Shown piece after piece: positions 40,704 through 55,700 of a DNA stretch of 64,000 nucleotides (positions within the stretch are counted from its first letter, which is position 1; each line of letters starts with the position of its first letter). The position numbers and the translations under genes are program-made. This DNA comes from Eukaryota sp. GEM-RC1 (Eukaryota), in contig JAUFOQ010000002.1 of NCBI GenBank assembly GCA_040285855.1, positions 3,348,001-3,412,000 of the forward strand. The letters are read 5' to 3'. Below the pieces are notes generated by a model. It made no database searches and was not told the origin of the DNA. It was given only the letters and a program-made list of their open reading frames with translations.

Positions 40704-43700
40704 ACTTACACATCTGACAGCATTGAGAATGCAAGTTTGAATTGTGGTTACAACTCAAAAGGAAAAACGGGGTTTATGATCAATCAGTGAAATCAATGCA
40801 TTTGCAGAAATTGATAACTAACAGACACTAACTAAAGTATCTAAACTATGGTTCTTCTGTCCATTTTTTTTGGAAACGAATTATTTATTCTAAATGTAAT
40901 AGACAATAACACTACAGTGTACATACATCTAGTAATCAATATCCTCAAAGTCCAGATTGCCTAACTGGAAATTTTCACCTACCTTATCTTCATAATGTCT
41001 GCCAAGAGAAAATAAAGCGCTAGATACAGAAGTGACCATACCTTTAAAGATAACAAACACGATTCGATTTTTCCAAAATGTAAGATCAAAAGTCCTAGAT
41101 GTTTTTTCTTTTACAATTTCATAGTTTGTACGAAGGTTACCTTATTGGGTGCCGAATAAACATGTTTCATCTTCACAAAGATTTCAAGTAATAAGTAATA
41201 GTAATCTTCTGTCCATCACCGAACAACTTACCTAAAATTGAATTAAAATATCTGTGAATTAAACAAAAGGTGAGAAAAAGTAACTACAATGTACTGTAAT
41301 TGGCCATTCAATATCAGATTCCATCAGATGCCATTTCATACTACCGACATACTTCAGACATTCAAAATGTTTCCAAAAGGTGTTTTTGGAGTTTCTTAAG
41401 AGCAAATTTCAAAGCAGTGATACATCGTTCTGGCATTTCACATATACCAGCTCGGAAACAAGTTTGCCAAAGGTCAGGTGAAATTAACGACAATTCTTTC
41501 ATGGCATCACTAGTAGCTTAATTTGACCTGATTCATGTTGCATTTTTGATGATCTTTGCTTTTATCGAACAAAAACTGGAACTCAACAACATTAAAGCAA
41601 ACTCGTCATGCTAAAAAATTGTTATTCAGGAAAAGTAACTCATCTGCTTCGCTCTCTCCCCCTGTACTTATCTATAACTCCTGTGGAAGCTTTACCAATT
41701 CGAACTGACTTTCTTGCATTTTTGTTATCAGTGCATCCTGCTGCATTGAACAATCACATCTTCATCTTGGTGTTATTGGTTTCACTTCGTCTAAATGGTG
41801 GACCAAATCTACTTTCATTGGTGGTGGTAAGAATTTTGTCTTTGAGTTCTGTAGACGTTACCCAAGTCAAGAAAATCTTCTTGTTTCGACAAGTAGTGTT
41901 TTCTTGGTAAATTTGAGATCCTAATTATCGCTAATTTCACCTGGCCTCTGGCAAACTTGTTTCCCAGCAGATATTTGTGAAATACCGGAACGATGTGTCA
42001 CTTCTTTAATTTTTGGTCCTAAGAAACTCCAAAAACACCTTCTAAAACATTTTGAATGTCTGGATTTTCAAATTCGACTTGGCTCGGTTTTGGTTGAATC
42101 GTATTGTTTTTACAATATTTAAAACAATTCCTATCATGATTTCAAAAGTCTGAGTGTTTTTATGAAGAAAAAGCAGATGTGAGTTTTAATGGCAATGATT
42201 GTTGCTTTAATGATATTGAGTTAAAATCATAAAAACATATAGGAAAAAAAAAAACTTGGCTCGGCCAAAGAAAAAAATCCAGCGTTCGCAAATTGTTTAA
42301 TCGATTTGAAGGACAGTTCTTCAGTTGCTTTGATCAACCAAATTCCACAGATTTACGGATTGTTGTTGAACGATCATCATTGAACTGCAACATTTATACT
42401 TCGATGTTTCTTGTGGCCCTCTAATTTACTTAATGATCTTCAATGTAAATCTCTTGAAATCAAAAATTCACAAAATAGTGATTCTGATAAGACTTTTGGT
42501 AAAAGAAGAGCTGATGTAATAGTTCCATCAGTCAATGATGAACTAACGGTTGTTGTTGTAATTACTGTGGATGTTTGCAAAGAACGTGCATTTAAGGATG
42601 CTAAAAATGAAGTGTCTCCGCTTGAATTGTCAGAACAATACAAGGGAAACAAGTATGATGTACCATTGACTGCTCTCAAACATACTAGACATGTTGAGTA
42701 CGAATGTCCTTTTGCAATTTCAATTTATGGTCAACTTGGTAAAAAGCTCTCTATTTTCTCTCTGATTTTGAGAAAGTTGCCAAAAAACAGAATGAACAAG
42801 AAATTTGATTTTATGTTTCAGTTTGGTTGAATCGTATCGTTTTTACAATATTTACAACAATTCCTATTATGATATCAAAAGCTCTTTTAGCTCTCAGTAT
42901 TTTTTATGACGAAAAAGCTTATGTGAGTTTTAATGGCATTGACTGTTGCTTTAATGTTATTGAGTTTTAGTTCTTCTGTATATCTTCTCAAAAAGTTGAT
43001 AAAGGCTCATCCAGAGATCTAGGACTTGCACATGGCAGGAATTTGATCTCTGACAGCATCATTAATACAAGTTCCATAAGTAATGAAATTATTGCAACTC
43101 AAAGGTGAGAAAAAGTAACTAATTTACCACATTTACATTGAAGATCATTAGGTTACTAGTATTTGTGTTTATCTTAGTGTTTTTGTTCCATAAACAAAGA
43201 GTTGCTTTAATGATATTGAGTTCTAGTTTTTGTGTTTTTCTTCCTGTTTTTGTTCCATAAAGTGGATAAAGACTCAGCAAGAGATTTAGGACTTACACAT
43301 CTGACAGCATTGAGAATGCAAGTTTGAATTGTGGTTACAACTCAAAAGGAAAAACGGGGTTTATGATCAATCAGTGAAATCAATGCATTTGCAGAAATTG
43401 ATAACTAACAGACACTAACTAAAGTATCTAAACTATGGTTCTTCTGTCCATTTTTTTGAAACGAATTATTTATTCTAAATGTAATAGACAATAACACTAC
43501 AGTGTACATACATCTAGTAATCAATATCCTCAAAGTCCAGATTGCCTAACTGGAAATTTTCACCTACCTTATCTTCATAATGTCTGCCAAGAGAAAATAA
43601 AGCGCTAGATACAGAAGTGACCATACCTTTAAAGATAACAAACACGATTCGATTTTTCCAAAATGTAAGATCAAAAGTCCTAGATGTTTTTTCTTTTACA

Positions 43701-46700
43701 ATTTCATAGTTTGTACGAAGGTTACCTTATTGGGTGCCGAATAAACATGTTTCATCTTCACAAAGATTTCAAGTAATAAGTAATAGTAATCTTCTGTCCA
43801 TCACCGAACAACTTACCTAAAATTGAATTAAAATATCTGTGAATTAAACAAAAGGTGAGAAAAAGTAACTACAATGTACTGTAATTGGCCATTCAATATC
43901 AGATTCCATCAGATGCCATTTCATACTACCGACATACTTCAGACATTCAAAATGTTTCCAAAAGGTGTTTTTGGAGTTTCTTAACAGCAAATTTCAAAGC
44001 AGTGATACATCGTTCTGGCATTTCACATATACCAGCTCGGAAACAAGTTTGCCAAAGGTCAGGTGAAATTAACGACAATTCTTTCATGGCATCACTAGTA
44101 GCTTAATTTGACCTGATTCATGTTGCATTTTTGATGATCTTTGCTTTTATCGAACAAAAACTGGAACTCAACAACATTAAAGCAAACTCGTCATGCTAAA
44201 AAATTGTTATTCAGGAAAAGTAACTCATCTGCTTCGCTCTCTCCCCCTGTACTTATCTATAACTCCTGTGGAAGCTTTACCAATTCGAACTGACTTTCTT
44301 GCATTTTTGTTATCAGTGCATCCTGCTGCATTGAACAATCACATCTTCATCTTGGTGTTATTGGTTTCACTTCGTCTAAATGGTGGACCAAATCTACTTT
44401 CATTGGTGGTGGTAAGAATTTTGTCTTTGAGTTCTGTAGACGTTACCCAAGTCAAGAAAATCTTCTTGTTTCGACAAGTAGTGTTTTCTTGGTAAATTTG
44501 AGATCCTAATTATCGCTAATTTCACCTGGCCTCTGGCAAACTTGTTTCCCAGCAGATATTTGTGAAATACCGGAACGATGTGTCACTTCTTTAATTTTTG
44601 GTCCTAAGAAACTCCAAAAACACCTTCTAAAACATTTTGAATGTCTGGATTTTCAAATTCGACTTGGCTCGGTTTTGGTTGAATCGTATTGTTTTTACAA
44701 TATTTAAAACAATTCCTATCATGATTTCAAAAGTCTGAGTGTTTTTTATGAAGAAAAAGCAGATGTGAGTTTTAATGGCAATGATTGTTGTTTTAATGAT
44801 ATTGAGTTAAAATCATAAAAAACATATAGGAAAAAAAAACTTGGCTCGGCCAAAGAAAAAAATCCAGCGTTCGCAAATTGTTTAATCGATTTGAAGGACA
44901 GTTCTTCAGTTGCTTTGATCAACCAAATTCCACAGATTTATGGATTGTTGTTGAACGATCATCAATGAACTGCAACATTTATACTTCGATGTTTCTTGTG
45001 GCCCTCTAATTTACCTAATGATCTTCAATGTAAATCTCTTGAAATCAAAAATTCACAAAATAGTGATTCTGATAAGACTTTTGGTAAAAGAAGAGCTGAT
45101 GTAATAGTTCCATCAGTCAATGATGAACTAACGGTTGTTGTTGTAATTACTGTGGATGTTTGCAAAGAACGTGCATTTAAGGATACTAAAAATGAAGTGT
45201 CTCCGCTTGAATTGTCAGAACAATACAAGGGAAACAAGTATGATGTACCATTGACTGCTCTCAAACATACTAGACATGTTGAGTACGAATGTCCTTTTGC
45301 AATTTCAATTTATGGTCAACTTGGTAAAAAGCTCTCTATTTTCTCTCTGATTTTGAGAAAGTTGCCAAAAAACAGAATGAACAAGAAATTTGATTTTATG
45401 TTTCAGTTTGGTTGAATCGTATCGTTTTTACAATATTTACAACAATTCCTATTATGATATCAAAAACTCTTTTAGCTCTCAGTATTTTTTATGACGAAAA
45501 AGCTTATGTGAGTTTTAATGGCATTGACTGTTGCTTTAATGTTATTGAGTTCTAGTTCTTCTGTATATCTTCTCAAAAAGTTGATAAAGGCTCATCCAGA
45601 GATTTAGGACTTGCACATGGCAGGAATTTGATCTCTGACAGCATCATTAATACAAGTTCCATAAGTAATGAAATTATTGCAACTCAAAGGTGAGAAAAAG
45701 TAACTAATTTACCACATTTACATTGAAGATCATTAGGTTACTAGTATTTGTGTTTATCTTAGTGTTTTTGTTCCATAAACAAAGAGTTGCTTTAATGATA
45801 TTGAGTTCTAGTTTTTGTGTTTTTCTTCCTGTTTTTGTTCCATAAAGTGGATAAAGACTCAGCAAGAGATTTAGGACTTACACATCTGACAGCATTGAGA
45901 ATGCAAGTTTGAATTGTGGTTACAACTCAAAAGGAAAAACGGGGTTTATGATCAATCAGTGAAATCAATGCATTTGCAGAAATTGATAACTAACAGACAC
46001 TAACTAAAGTATCTAAACTATGGTTCTTCTGTCCATTTTTTTTGGAAACGAATTATTTATTCTAAATGTAATAGACAATAACACTACAGTGTACATACAT
46101 CTAGTAATCAATATCCTCAAAGTCCAGATTGCCTAACTGGAAATTTTCACCTACCTTATCTTCATAATGTCTGCCAAGAGAAAATAAAGCGCTAGATACA
46201 GAAGTGACCATACCTTTAAAGATAACAAACACGATTCGATTTTTCCAAAATGTAAGATCAAAAGTCCTAGATGTTTTTTCTTTTACAATTTCATAGTTTG
46301 TACGAAGGTTACCTTATTGGGTGCCGAATAAACATGTTTCATCTTCACAAAGATTTCAAGTAATAAGTAATAGTAATCTTCTGTCCATCACCGAACAACT
46401 TACCTAAAATTGAATTAAAATATCTGTGAATTAAACAAAAGGTGAGAAAAAGTAACTACAATGTACTGTAATTGGCCATTCAATATCAGATTCCATCAGA
46501 TGCCATTTCATACTACCGACATACTTCAGACATTCAAAATGTTTCAAAAGGTGTTTTTGGAGTTTCTTAACAGCAAATTTCAAAGCAGTGATACATCGTT
46601 CTGGCATTTCACATATACCAGCTCGGAAACAAGTTTGCCAAAGGTCAGGTGAAATTAACGACAATTCTTTCATGGCATCACTAGTAGCTTAATTTGACCT

Positions 46701-49700
46701 GATTCATGTTGCATTTTTGATGATCTTTGCTTTTATCGAACAAAACTGGAACTCAACAACATTAAAGCAAACTCGTCATGCTAAAAAATTGTTAATCAGG
46801 AAAAGTAACTCATCTGCTTCACTCTCTCCCCCCTGTACTTATCTATAACTCCTGTGGAAGCTTTACCAATTCGAACTGACTTTCTTGCATTTTTGTTATC
46901 AGTGGATCCTGCTGCATTGAACAATCACATCTTCATCTTGGTGGTATTGGTTTCACTTCGTCTAAATGGTGGACCAAATCTACTTTCATTGGTGGTGGTA
47001 AGAATTTTGTCTTTGAGTTCTGTAGACGTTACCCAAGTCAAGAAAATCTTCTTGTTTCGACAAGTAGTGTTTTCTTGGTAAATTTGAGATCCTAATTATC
47101 GCTAATTTCACCTGGCCTCTGGCAAACTTGTTTTCCAGCAGATATTTGTGAAATACCGGAACGATGTGTCACTTCTTTAATTTTTGGTCCTAAGAAACTC
47201 CAAAAACACCTTCTAAAACATTTTGAATGTCTGGATTTTCAAATTCGACTTGGCTCGGTTTTGGTTGAATCGTATTGTTTTTACAATATTTAAAACAATT
47301 CCTATCATGATTTCAAAAGTCTGAGTGTTTTTATGAAGAAAAAAGCAGATGTGAGTTTTAATGGCAATGATTGTTGCTTTAATGATATTGAGTTAAAATC
47401 ATAAAAAACATATAGGAAAAAAAAAACTTGGCTCGGCCAAAGAAAAAAAATCCAGCGTTCGCAAATTGTTTAATCGATTTGAAGGACAGTTCTTCAGTTG
47501 CTTTGATCAACCAAATTCCACAGATTTACGGATTGTTGTTGAACGATCATCATTGAACTGCAACATTTATACTTCGATGTTTCTTGTGGCCCTCTAATTT
47601 ACTTAATGATCTTCAATGTAAATCTCTTGAAATCAAAAATTCACAAAATAGTGATTCTGATAAGACTTTTGGTAAAAGAAGAGCTGATGTAATAGTTCCA
47701 TCAGTCAATGATGAACTAACGGTTGTTGTTGTAATTACTGTGGATGTTTGCAAAGAACGTGCATTTAAGGATGCTAAAAATGAAGTGTCTCCGCTTGAAT
47801 TGTCAGAACAATACAAGGGAAACAAGTATGATGTACCATTGACTGCTCTCAAACATACTAGACATGTTGAGTACGAATGTCCTTTTGCAATTTCAATTTA
47901 TGGTCAACTTGGTAAAAAGCTCTCTATTTTCTCTCTGATTTTGAGAAAGTTGCCAAAAACAGAATGAACAAGAAATTTGATTTTTATGTTTCCAGTTTGG
48001 TTGAATCGTATCGTTTTACAATATTTACAACAATTCCTATTATGATATCAAAAGCTCTTTTAGCTCTCAGTATTTTTTATGACGAAAAAGCTTATGTGAG
48101 TTTTAATGGCATTGACTGTTGCTTTAATGTTATTGAGTTTTAGTTCTTCTGTATATCTTCTCAAAAAGTTGATAAAGGCTCATCCAGAGATCTAGGACTT
48201 GCACATGGCAGGAATTTGATCTCTGACAGCATCATTAATACAAGTTCCATAAGTAATGAAATTATTGCAACTCAAAGGTGAGAAAAAGTAACTAATTTAC
48301 CACATTTACATTGAAGATCATTAGGTTACTAGTATTTGTGTTTATCTTAGTGTTTTTGTTCCATAAACAAAGAGTTGCTTTAATGATATTGAGTTCTAGT
48401 TTTTGTGTTTTTCTTCCTGTTTTTGTTCCATAAAGTGGATAAAGACTCAGCAAGAGATTTAGGACTTACACATCTGACAGCATTGAGAATGCAAGTTTGA
48501 ATTGTGGTTACAACTCAAAAGGAAAAACGGGGTTTATGATCAATCAGTGAAATCAATGCATTTGCAGAAATTGATAACTAACAGACACTAACTAAAGTAT
48601 CTAAACTATGGTTCTTCTGTCCATTTTTTTGAAACGAATTATTTATTCTAAATGTAATAGACAATAACACTACAGTGTACATACATCTAGTAATCAATAT
48701 CCTCAAAGTCCAGATTGCCTAACTGGAAATTTTCACCTACCTTATCTTCATAATGTCTGCCAAGAGAAAATAAAGCGCTAGATACAGAAGTGACCATACC
48801 TTTAAAGATAACAAACACGATTCGATTTTTCCAAAATGTAAGATCAAAAGTCCTAGATGTTTTTTCTTTTACAATTTCATAGTTTGTACGAAGGTTACCT
48901 TATTGGGTGCCGAATAAACATGTTTCATCTTCACAAAGATTTCAAGTAATAAGTAATAGTAATCTTCTGTCCATCACCGAACAACTTACCTAAAATTGAA
49001 TTAAAATATCTGTGAATTAAACAAAAGGTGAGAAAAAGTAACTACAATGTACTGTAATTGGCCATTCAATATCAGATTCCATCAGATGCCATTTCATACT
49101 ACCGACATACTTCAGACATTCAAAATGTTTCAAAAGGTGTTTTTGGAGTTTCTTAACAGCAAATTTCAAAGCAGTGATACATCGTTCTGGCATTTCACAT
49201 ATACCAGCTCGGAAACAAGTTTGCCAAAGGTCAGGTGAAATTAACGACAATTCTTTCATGGCATCACTAGTAGCTTAATTTGACCTGATTCATGTTGCAT
49301 TTTTGATGATCTTTGCTTTTATCGAACAAAAACTGGAACTCAACAACATTAAAGCAAACTCGTCATGCTAAAAAATTGTTATTCAGGAAAAGTAACTCAT
49401 CTGCTTCGCTCTCTCCCCCCTGTACTTATCTATAACTCCTGTGGAAGCTTTACCAATTCGAACTGACTTTCTTGCATTTTTGTTATCAGTGCATCCTGCT
49501 GCATTGAACAATCACATCTTCATCTTGGTGTTATTGGTTTCACTTCGTCTAAATGGTGGACCAAATCTACTTTCATTGGTGGTGGTAAGAATTTTGTCTT
49601 TGAGTTCTGTAGACGTTACCCAAGTCAAGAAAATCTTCTTGTTTCGACAAGTAGTGTTTTCTTGGTAAATTTGAGATCCTAATTATCGCTAATTTCACCT

Positions 49701-52700
49701 GGCCTCTGGCAAACTTGTTTCCCAGCAGATATTTGTGAAATACCGGAACGATGTGTCACTTCTTTAATTTTTGGTCCTAAGAAACTCCAAAAACACCTTC
49801 TAAAACATTTTGAATGTCTGGATTTTCAAATTCGACTTGGCTCGGTTTTGGTTGAATCGTATTGTTTTTACAATATTTAAAACAATTCCTATCATGATTT
49901 CAAAAGTCTGAGTGTTTTTATGAAGAAAAAGCAGATGTGAGTTTTAATGGCAATGATTGTTGTTTTAATGATATTGAGTTAAAATCATAAAAAACATATA
50001 GGAAAAAAAAACTTGGCTCGGCCAAAGAAAAAAAATCCAGCGTTCGCAAATTGTTTAATCGATTTGAAGGACAGTTCTTCAGTTGCTTTGATCAACCAAA
50101 TTCCACAGATTTATGGATTGTTGTTGAACGATCATCAATGAACTGCAACATTTATACTTCGATGTTTCTTGTGGCCCTCTAATTTACCTAATGATCTTCA
50201 ATGTAAATCTCTTGAAATCAAAAATTCACAAAATAGTGATTCTGATAAGACTTTTGGTAAAAGAAGAGCTGATGTAATAGTTCCATCAGTCAATGATGAA
50301 CTAACGGTTGTTGTTGTAATTACTGTGGATGTTTGCAAAGAACGTGCATTTAAGGATACTAAAAATGAAGTGTCTCCGCTTGAATTGTCAGAACAATACA
50401 AGGGAAACAAGTATGATGTACCATTGACTGCTCTCAAACATACTAGACATGTTGAGTACGAATGTCCTTTTGCAATTTCAATTTATGGTCAACTTGGTAA
50501 AAAGCTCTCTATTTTCTCTCTGATTTTGAGAAAGTTGCCAAAAACAGAATGAACAAGAAATTTGATTTTATGTTTCAGTTTGGTTGAATCGTATCGTTTT
50601 TACAATATTTACAACAATTCCTATTATGATATCAAAAACTCTTTTTAGCTCTCAGTATTTTTTATGACGAAAAAGCTTATGTGAGTTTTAATGGCATTGA
50701 CTGTTGCTTTAATGTTATTGAGTTCTAGTTCTTCTGTATATCTTCTCAAAAAGTTGATAAAGGCTCATCCAGAGATTTAGGACTTGCACATGGCAGGAAT
50801 TTGATCTCTGACAGCATCATTAATACAAGTTCCATAAGTAATGAAATTATTGCAACTCAAAGGTGAGAAAATGTAACTAATTTACCACATTTACATTGAA
50901 GATCATTAGGTTACTAGTATTTGTGTTTATCTTAGTGTTTTTGTTCCATAAACAAAGAGTTGCTTTAATGATATTGAGTTCTAGTTTTTGTGTTTTTCTT
51001 CCTGTTTTTGTTCCATAAAGTGGATAAAGACTCAGCAAGAGATTTAGGACTTACACATCTGACAGCATTGAGAATGCAAGTTTGAATTGTGGTTACAACT
51101 CAAAAGGAAAAACGGGGTTTATGATCAATCAGTGAAATCAATGCATTTGCAGAAATTGATAACTAACAGACACTAACTAAAGTATCTAAACTATGGTTCT
51201 TCTGTCCATTTTTTTGAAACGAATTATTTATTCTAAATGTAATAGACAATAACACTACAGTGTACATACATCTAGTAATCAATATCCTCAAAGTCCAGAT
51301 TGCCTAACTGGAAATTTTCACCTACCTTATCTTCATAATGTCTGCCAAGAGAAAATAAAGCGCTAGATACAGAAGTGACCATACCTTTAAAGATAACAAA
51401 CACGATTCGATTTTTCCAAAATGTAAGATCAAAAGTCCTAGATGTTTTTTCTTTTACAATTTCATAGTTTGTACGAAGGTTACCTTATTGGGTGCCGAAT
51501 AAACATGTTTCATCTTCACAAAGATTTCAAGTAATAAGTAATAGTAATCTTCTGTCCATCACCGAACAACTTACCTCAAATTGAATTAAAATATCTGTGA
51601 ATTAAACAAAAGGTGAGAAAAAGTAACTACAATGTACTGTAATTGGCCATTCAATATCAGATTCCATCAGATGCCATTTCATACTACCGACATACTTCAG
51701 ACATTCAAAATGTTTCAAAAGGTGTTTTTGGAGTTTCTTAAGAGCAAATTTCAAAGCAGTGATACATCGTTCTGGCATTTCACATATACCAGCTCGGAAA
51801 CAAGTTTGCCAAAGGTCAGGTGAAATTAACGACAATTCTTTCATGGCATCACTAGTAGCTTAATTTGACCTGATTCATGTTGCATTTTTGATGATCTTTG
51901 CTTTTATCGAACAAAAACTGGAACTCAACAACATTAAAGCAAACTCGTCATGCTAAAAAATTGTTATTCAGGAAAAGTAACTCATCTGCTTCGCTCTCTC
52001 CCCCTGTACTTATCTATAACTCCTGTGGAAGCTTTACCAATTCGAACTGACTTTCTTGCATTTTTGTTATCAGTGCATCCTGCTGCATTGAACAATCACA
52101 TCTTCATCTTGGTGTTATTGGTTTCACTTCGTCTAAATGGTGGACCAAATCTACTTTCATTGGTGGTGGTAAGAATTTTGTCTTTGAGTTCTGTAGACGT
52201 TACCCAAGTCAAGAAAATCTTCTTGTTTCGACAAGTAGTGTTTTCTTGGTAAATTTGAGATCCTAATTATCGCTAATTTCACCTGGCCTCTGGCAAACTT
52301 GTTTCCCAGCAGATATTTGTGAAATACCGGAACGATGTGTCACTTCTTTAATTTTTGGTCCTAAGAAACTCCAAAAACACCTTCTAAAACATTTTGAATG
52401 TCTGGATTTTCAAATTCGACTTGGCTCGGTTTTGGTTGAATCGTATTGTTTTTACAATATTTAAAACAATTCCTATCATGATTTCAAAAGTCTGAGTGTT
52501 TTTATGAAGAAAAAAGCAGATGTGAGTTTTAATGGCAATGATTGTTGTTTTAATGATATTGAGTTAAAATCATAAAAAACATATAGGAAAAAAAAACTTG
52601 GCTCGGCCAAAGAAAAAAAATCCAGCGTTCGCAAATTGTTTAATCGATTTGAAGGACAGTTCTTCAGTTGCTTTGATCAACCAAATTCCACAGATTTATG

Positions 52701-55700
52701 GATTGTTGTTGAACGATCATCAATGAACTGCAACATTTATACTTCGATGTTTCTTGTGGCCCTCTAATTTACCTAATGATCTTCAATGTAAATCTCTTGA
52801 AATCAAAAATTCACAAAATAGTGATTCTGATAAGACTTTTGGTAAAAGAAGAGCTGATGTAATAGTTCCATCAGTCAATGATGAACTAACGGTTGTTGTT
52901 GTAATTACTGTGGATGTTTGCAAAGAATGTGCATTTAAGGATACTAAAAATGAAGTGTCTCCGCTTGAATTGTCAGAACAATACAAGGGAAACAAGTATG
53001 ATGTACCATTGACTGCTCTCAAACATACTAGACATGTTGAGTACGAATGTCCTTTTGCAATTTCAATTTATGGTCAACTTGGTAAAAAGCTCTCTATTTT
53101 CTCTCTGATTTTGAGAAAGTTGCCAAAAACAGAATGAACAAGAAATTTGATTTTATGTTTCAGTTTGGTTGAATCGTATCGTTTTTACAATATTTACAAC
53201 AATTCCTATTATGATATCAAAAGCTCTTTTAGCTCTCAGTATTTTTTATGACGAAAAAGCTTATGTGAGTTTTAATGGCATTGACTGTTGCTTTAATGTT
53301 ATTGAGTTCTAGTTCTTCTGTATATCTTCTCAAAAAGTTGATAAAGGCTCATCCAGAGATTTAGGACTTGCACATGGCAGGAATTTGATCTCTGACAGCA
53401 TCATTAATACAAGTTCCATAAGTAATGAAATTATTGCAACTCAAAAGGTGAGAAAATGTAACTAATTTACCACATTTACATTGAAGATCATTAGGTTACT
53501 AGTATTTGTGTTTATCTTAGTGTTTTTGTTCCATAAACAAAGAGTTGCTTTAATGATATTGAGTTCTAGTTTTTGTGTTTTTCTTCCTGTTTTTGTTCCA
53601 TAAAGTGGATAAAGACTCAGCAAGAGATTTAGGACTTACACATCTGACAGCATTGAGAATGCAAGTTTGAATTGTGGTTACAACTCAAAAGGAAAAACGG
53701 GGTTTATGATCAATCAGTGAAATCAATGCATTTGCAGAAATTGATAACTAACAGACACTAACTAAAGTATCTAAACTATGGTTCTTCTGTCCATTTTTTT
53801 GAAACGAATGATTTATTCTAAATGTAATAGACAATAACACATCAGTGTAAATACATCTAGTAATCAATATCCTCAAAGTCCAGATTGCCTAACTGGAAAT
53901 TTTCACCTACCTCATCTGCCAAGAGAAAATAAAGCGCTAGATACAGAAGTGACCTTTAAAGATAACAAACACGATTCGATTTTTCCAAAATGTAAGATCA
54001 AAAGTCCTAGATGTTTTTTCTTTTACAATTTCATAGTTTGTACGAAGGTTACCTTATTGGGTGCCGAATAAACATGTTTCATCTTCACAAAGATTTCAAG
54101 TAATAAGTAATAGTAATCTTCTGTCCATCACCGAACAACTTACCTAAAATTGAATTAAAATATCTGTGAATTAAACAAAAGGTGAGAAAAAGTAACTACA
54201 ATGTACTGTAATTGGCCATTCAATATCAGATTCCATCAGATGCCATTTCATACTACCGACATACTTCAGACATTCAAAATGTTTCAAAAGGTGTTTTTGG
54301 AGTTTCTTAAGAGCAAATTTCAAAGCAGTGATACATCGTTCTGGCATTTCACATATACCAGCTCGGAAACAAGTTTGCCAAAGGTCAGGTGAAATTAACG
54401 ACAATTCTTTCATGGCATCACTAGTAGCTTAATTTGACCTGATTCATGTTGCATTTTTGATGATCTTTGCTTTTATCGAACAAAAACTGGAACTCAACAA
54501 CATTAAAGCAAACTCGTCATGCTAAAAAATTGTTATTCAGGAAAAGTAACTCATCTGCTTCGCTCTCTCCCCCCTGTACTTATCTATAACTCCTGTGGAA
54601 GCTTTACCAATTCGAACTGACTTTCTTGCATTTTTGTTATCAGTGCATCCTGCTGCATTGAACAATCACATCTTCATCTTGGTGGTATTGGTTTCACTTC
54701 GTCTAAATGGTGGACCAAATCTACTTTCATTGGTGGTGGTAAGAATTTTGTCTTTGAGTTCTGTAGACGTTACCCAAGTCAAGAAAAATCTTCTTGTTTC
54801 GACAAGTAGTGTTTTCTTGGTAAATTTGAGATCCTAATTATCGCTAATTTCACCTGGCCTCTGGCAAACTTGTTTCCAAGCAGATATTTGTGAAATACCG
54901 GAACGATGTGTCACTTCTTTAATTTTTGGTCCTAAGAAACTCCAAAAACACCTTCTAAAACATTTTGAATGTCTGGATTTTCAAATTCGACTTGGCTCGG
55001 TTTTGGTTGAATCGTATTGTTTTTACAATATTTAAAACAATTCCTATCATGATTTCAAAAGTCTGAGTGTTTTTTATGAAGAAAAAGCAGATGTGAGTTT
55101 TAATGGCAATGATTGTTGCTTTAATGATATTGAGTTAAAATCATAAAAAACATATAGGAAAAAAAAACTTGGCTCGGCCAAAGAAAAAAATCCAGCGTTC
55201 GCAAATTGTTTAATCGATTTGAAGGACAGTTCTTCAGTTGCTTTGATCAACCAAATTCCACAGATTTACGGATTGTTGTTGAACAATCATCATTGAACTG
55301 CAACATTTATACTTCGATGTTTCTTGTGGCCCTCTAATTTACTTAATGATCTTCAATGTAAATCTCTTGAAATCAAAAATTCACAAAATAGTGATTCTGA
55401 TAAGACTTTTGGTAAAAGAAGAGCTGATGTAATAGTTCCATCAGTCAATGATGAACTAACGGTTGTTGTTGTAATTACTGTGGATGTTTGCAAAGAACGT
55501 GCATTTAAGGATGCTAAAAATGAAGTGTCTCCGCTTGAATTGTCAGAACAATACAAGGGAAACAAGTATGATGTACCATTGACTGCTCTCAAACATACTA
55601 GACATGTTGAGTACGAATGTCCTTTTGCAATTTCAATTTATGGTCAACTTGGTAAAAAGCTCTCTATTTTCTCTCTGATTTTGAGAAAGTTGCCAAAAAC

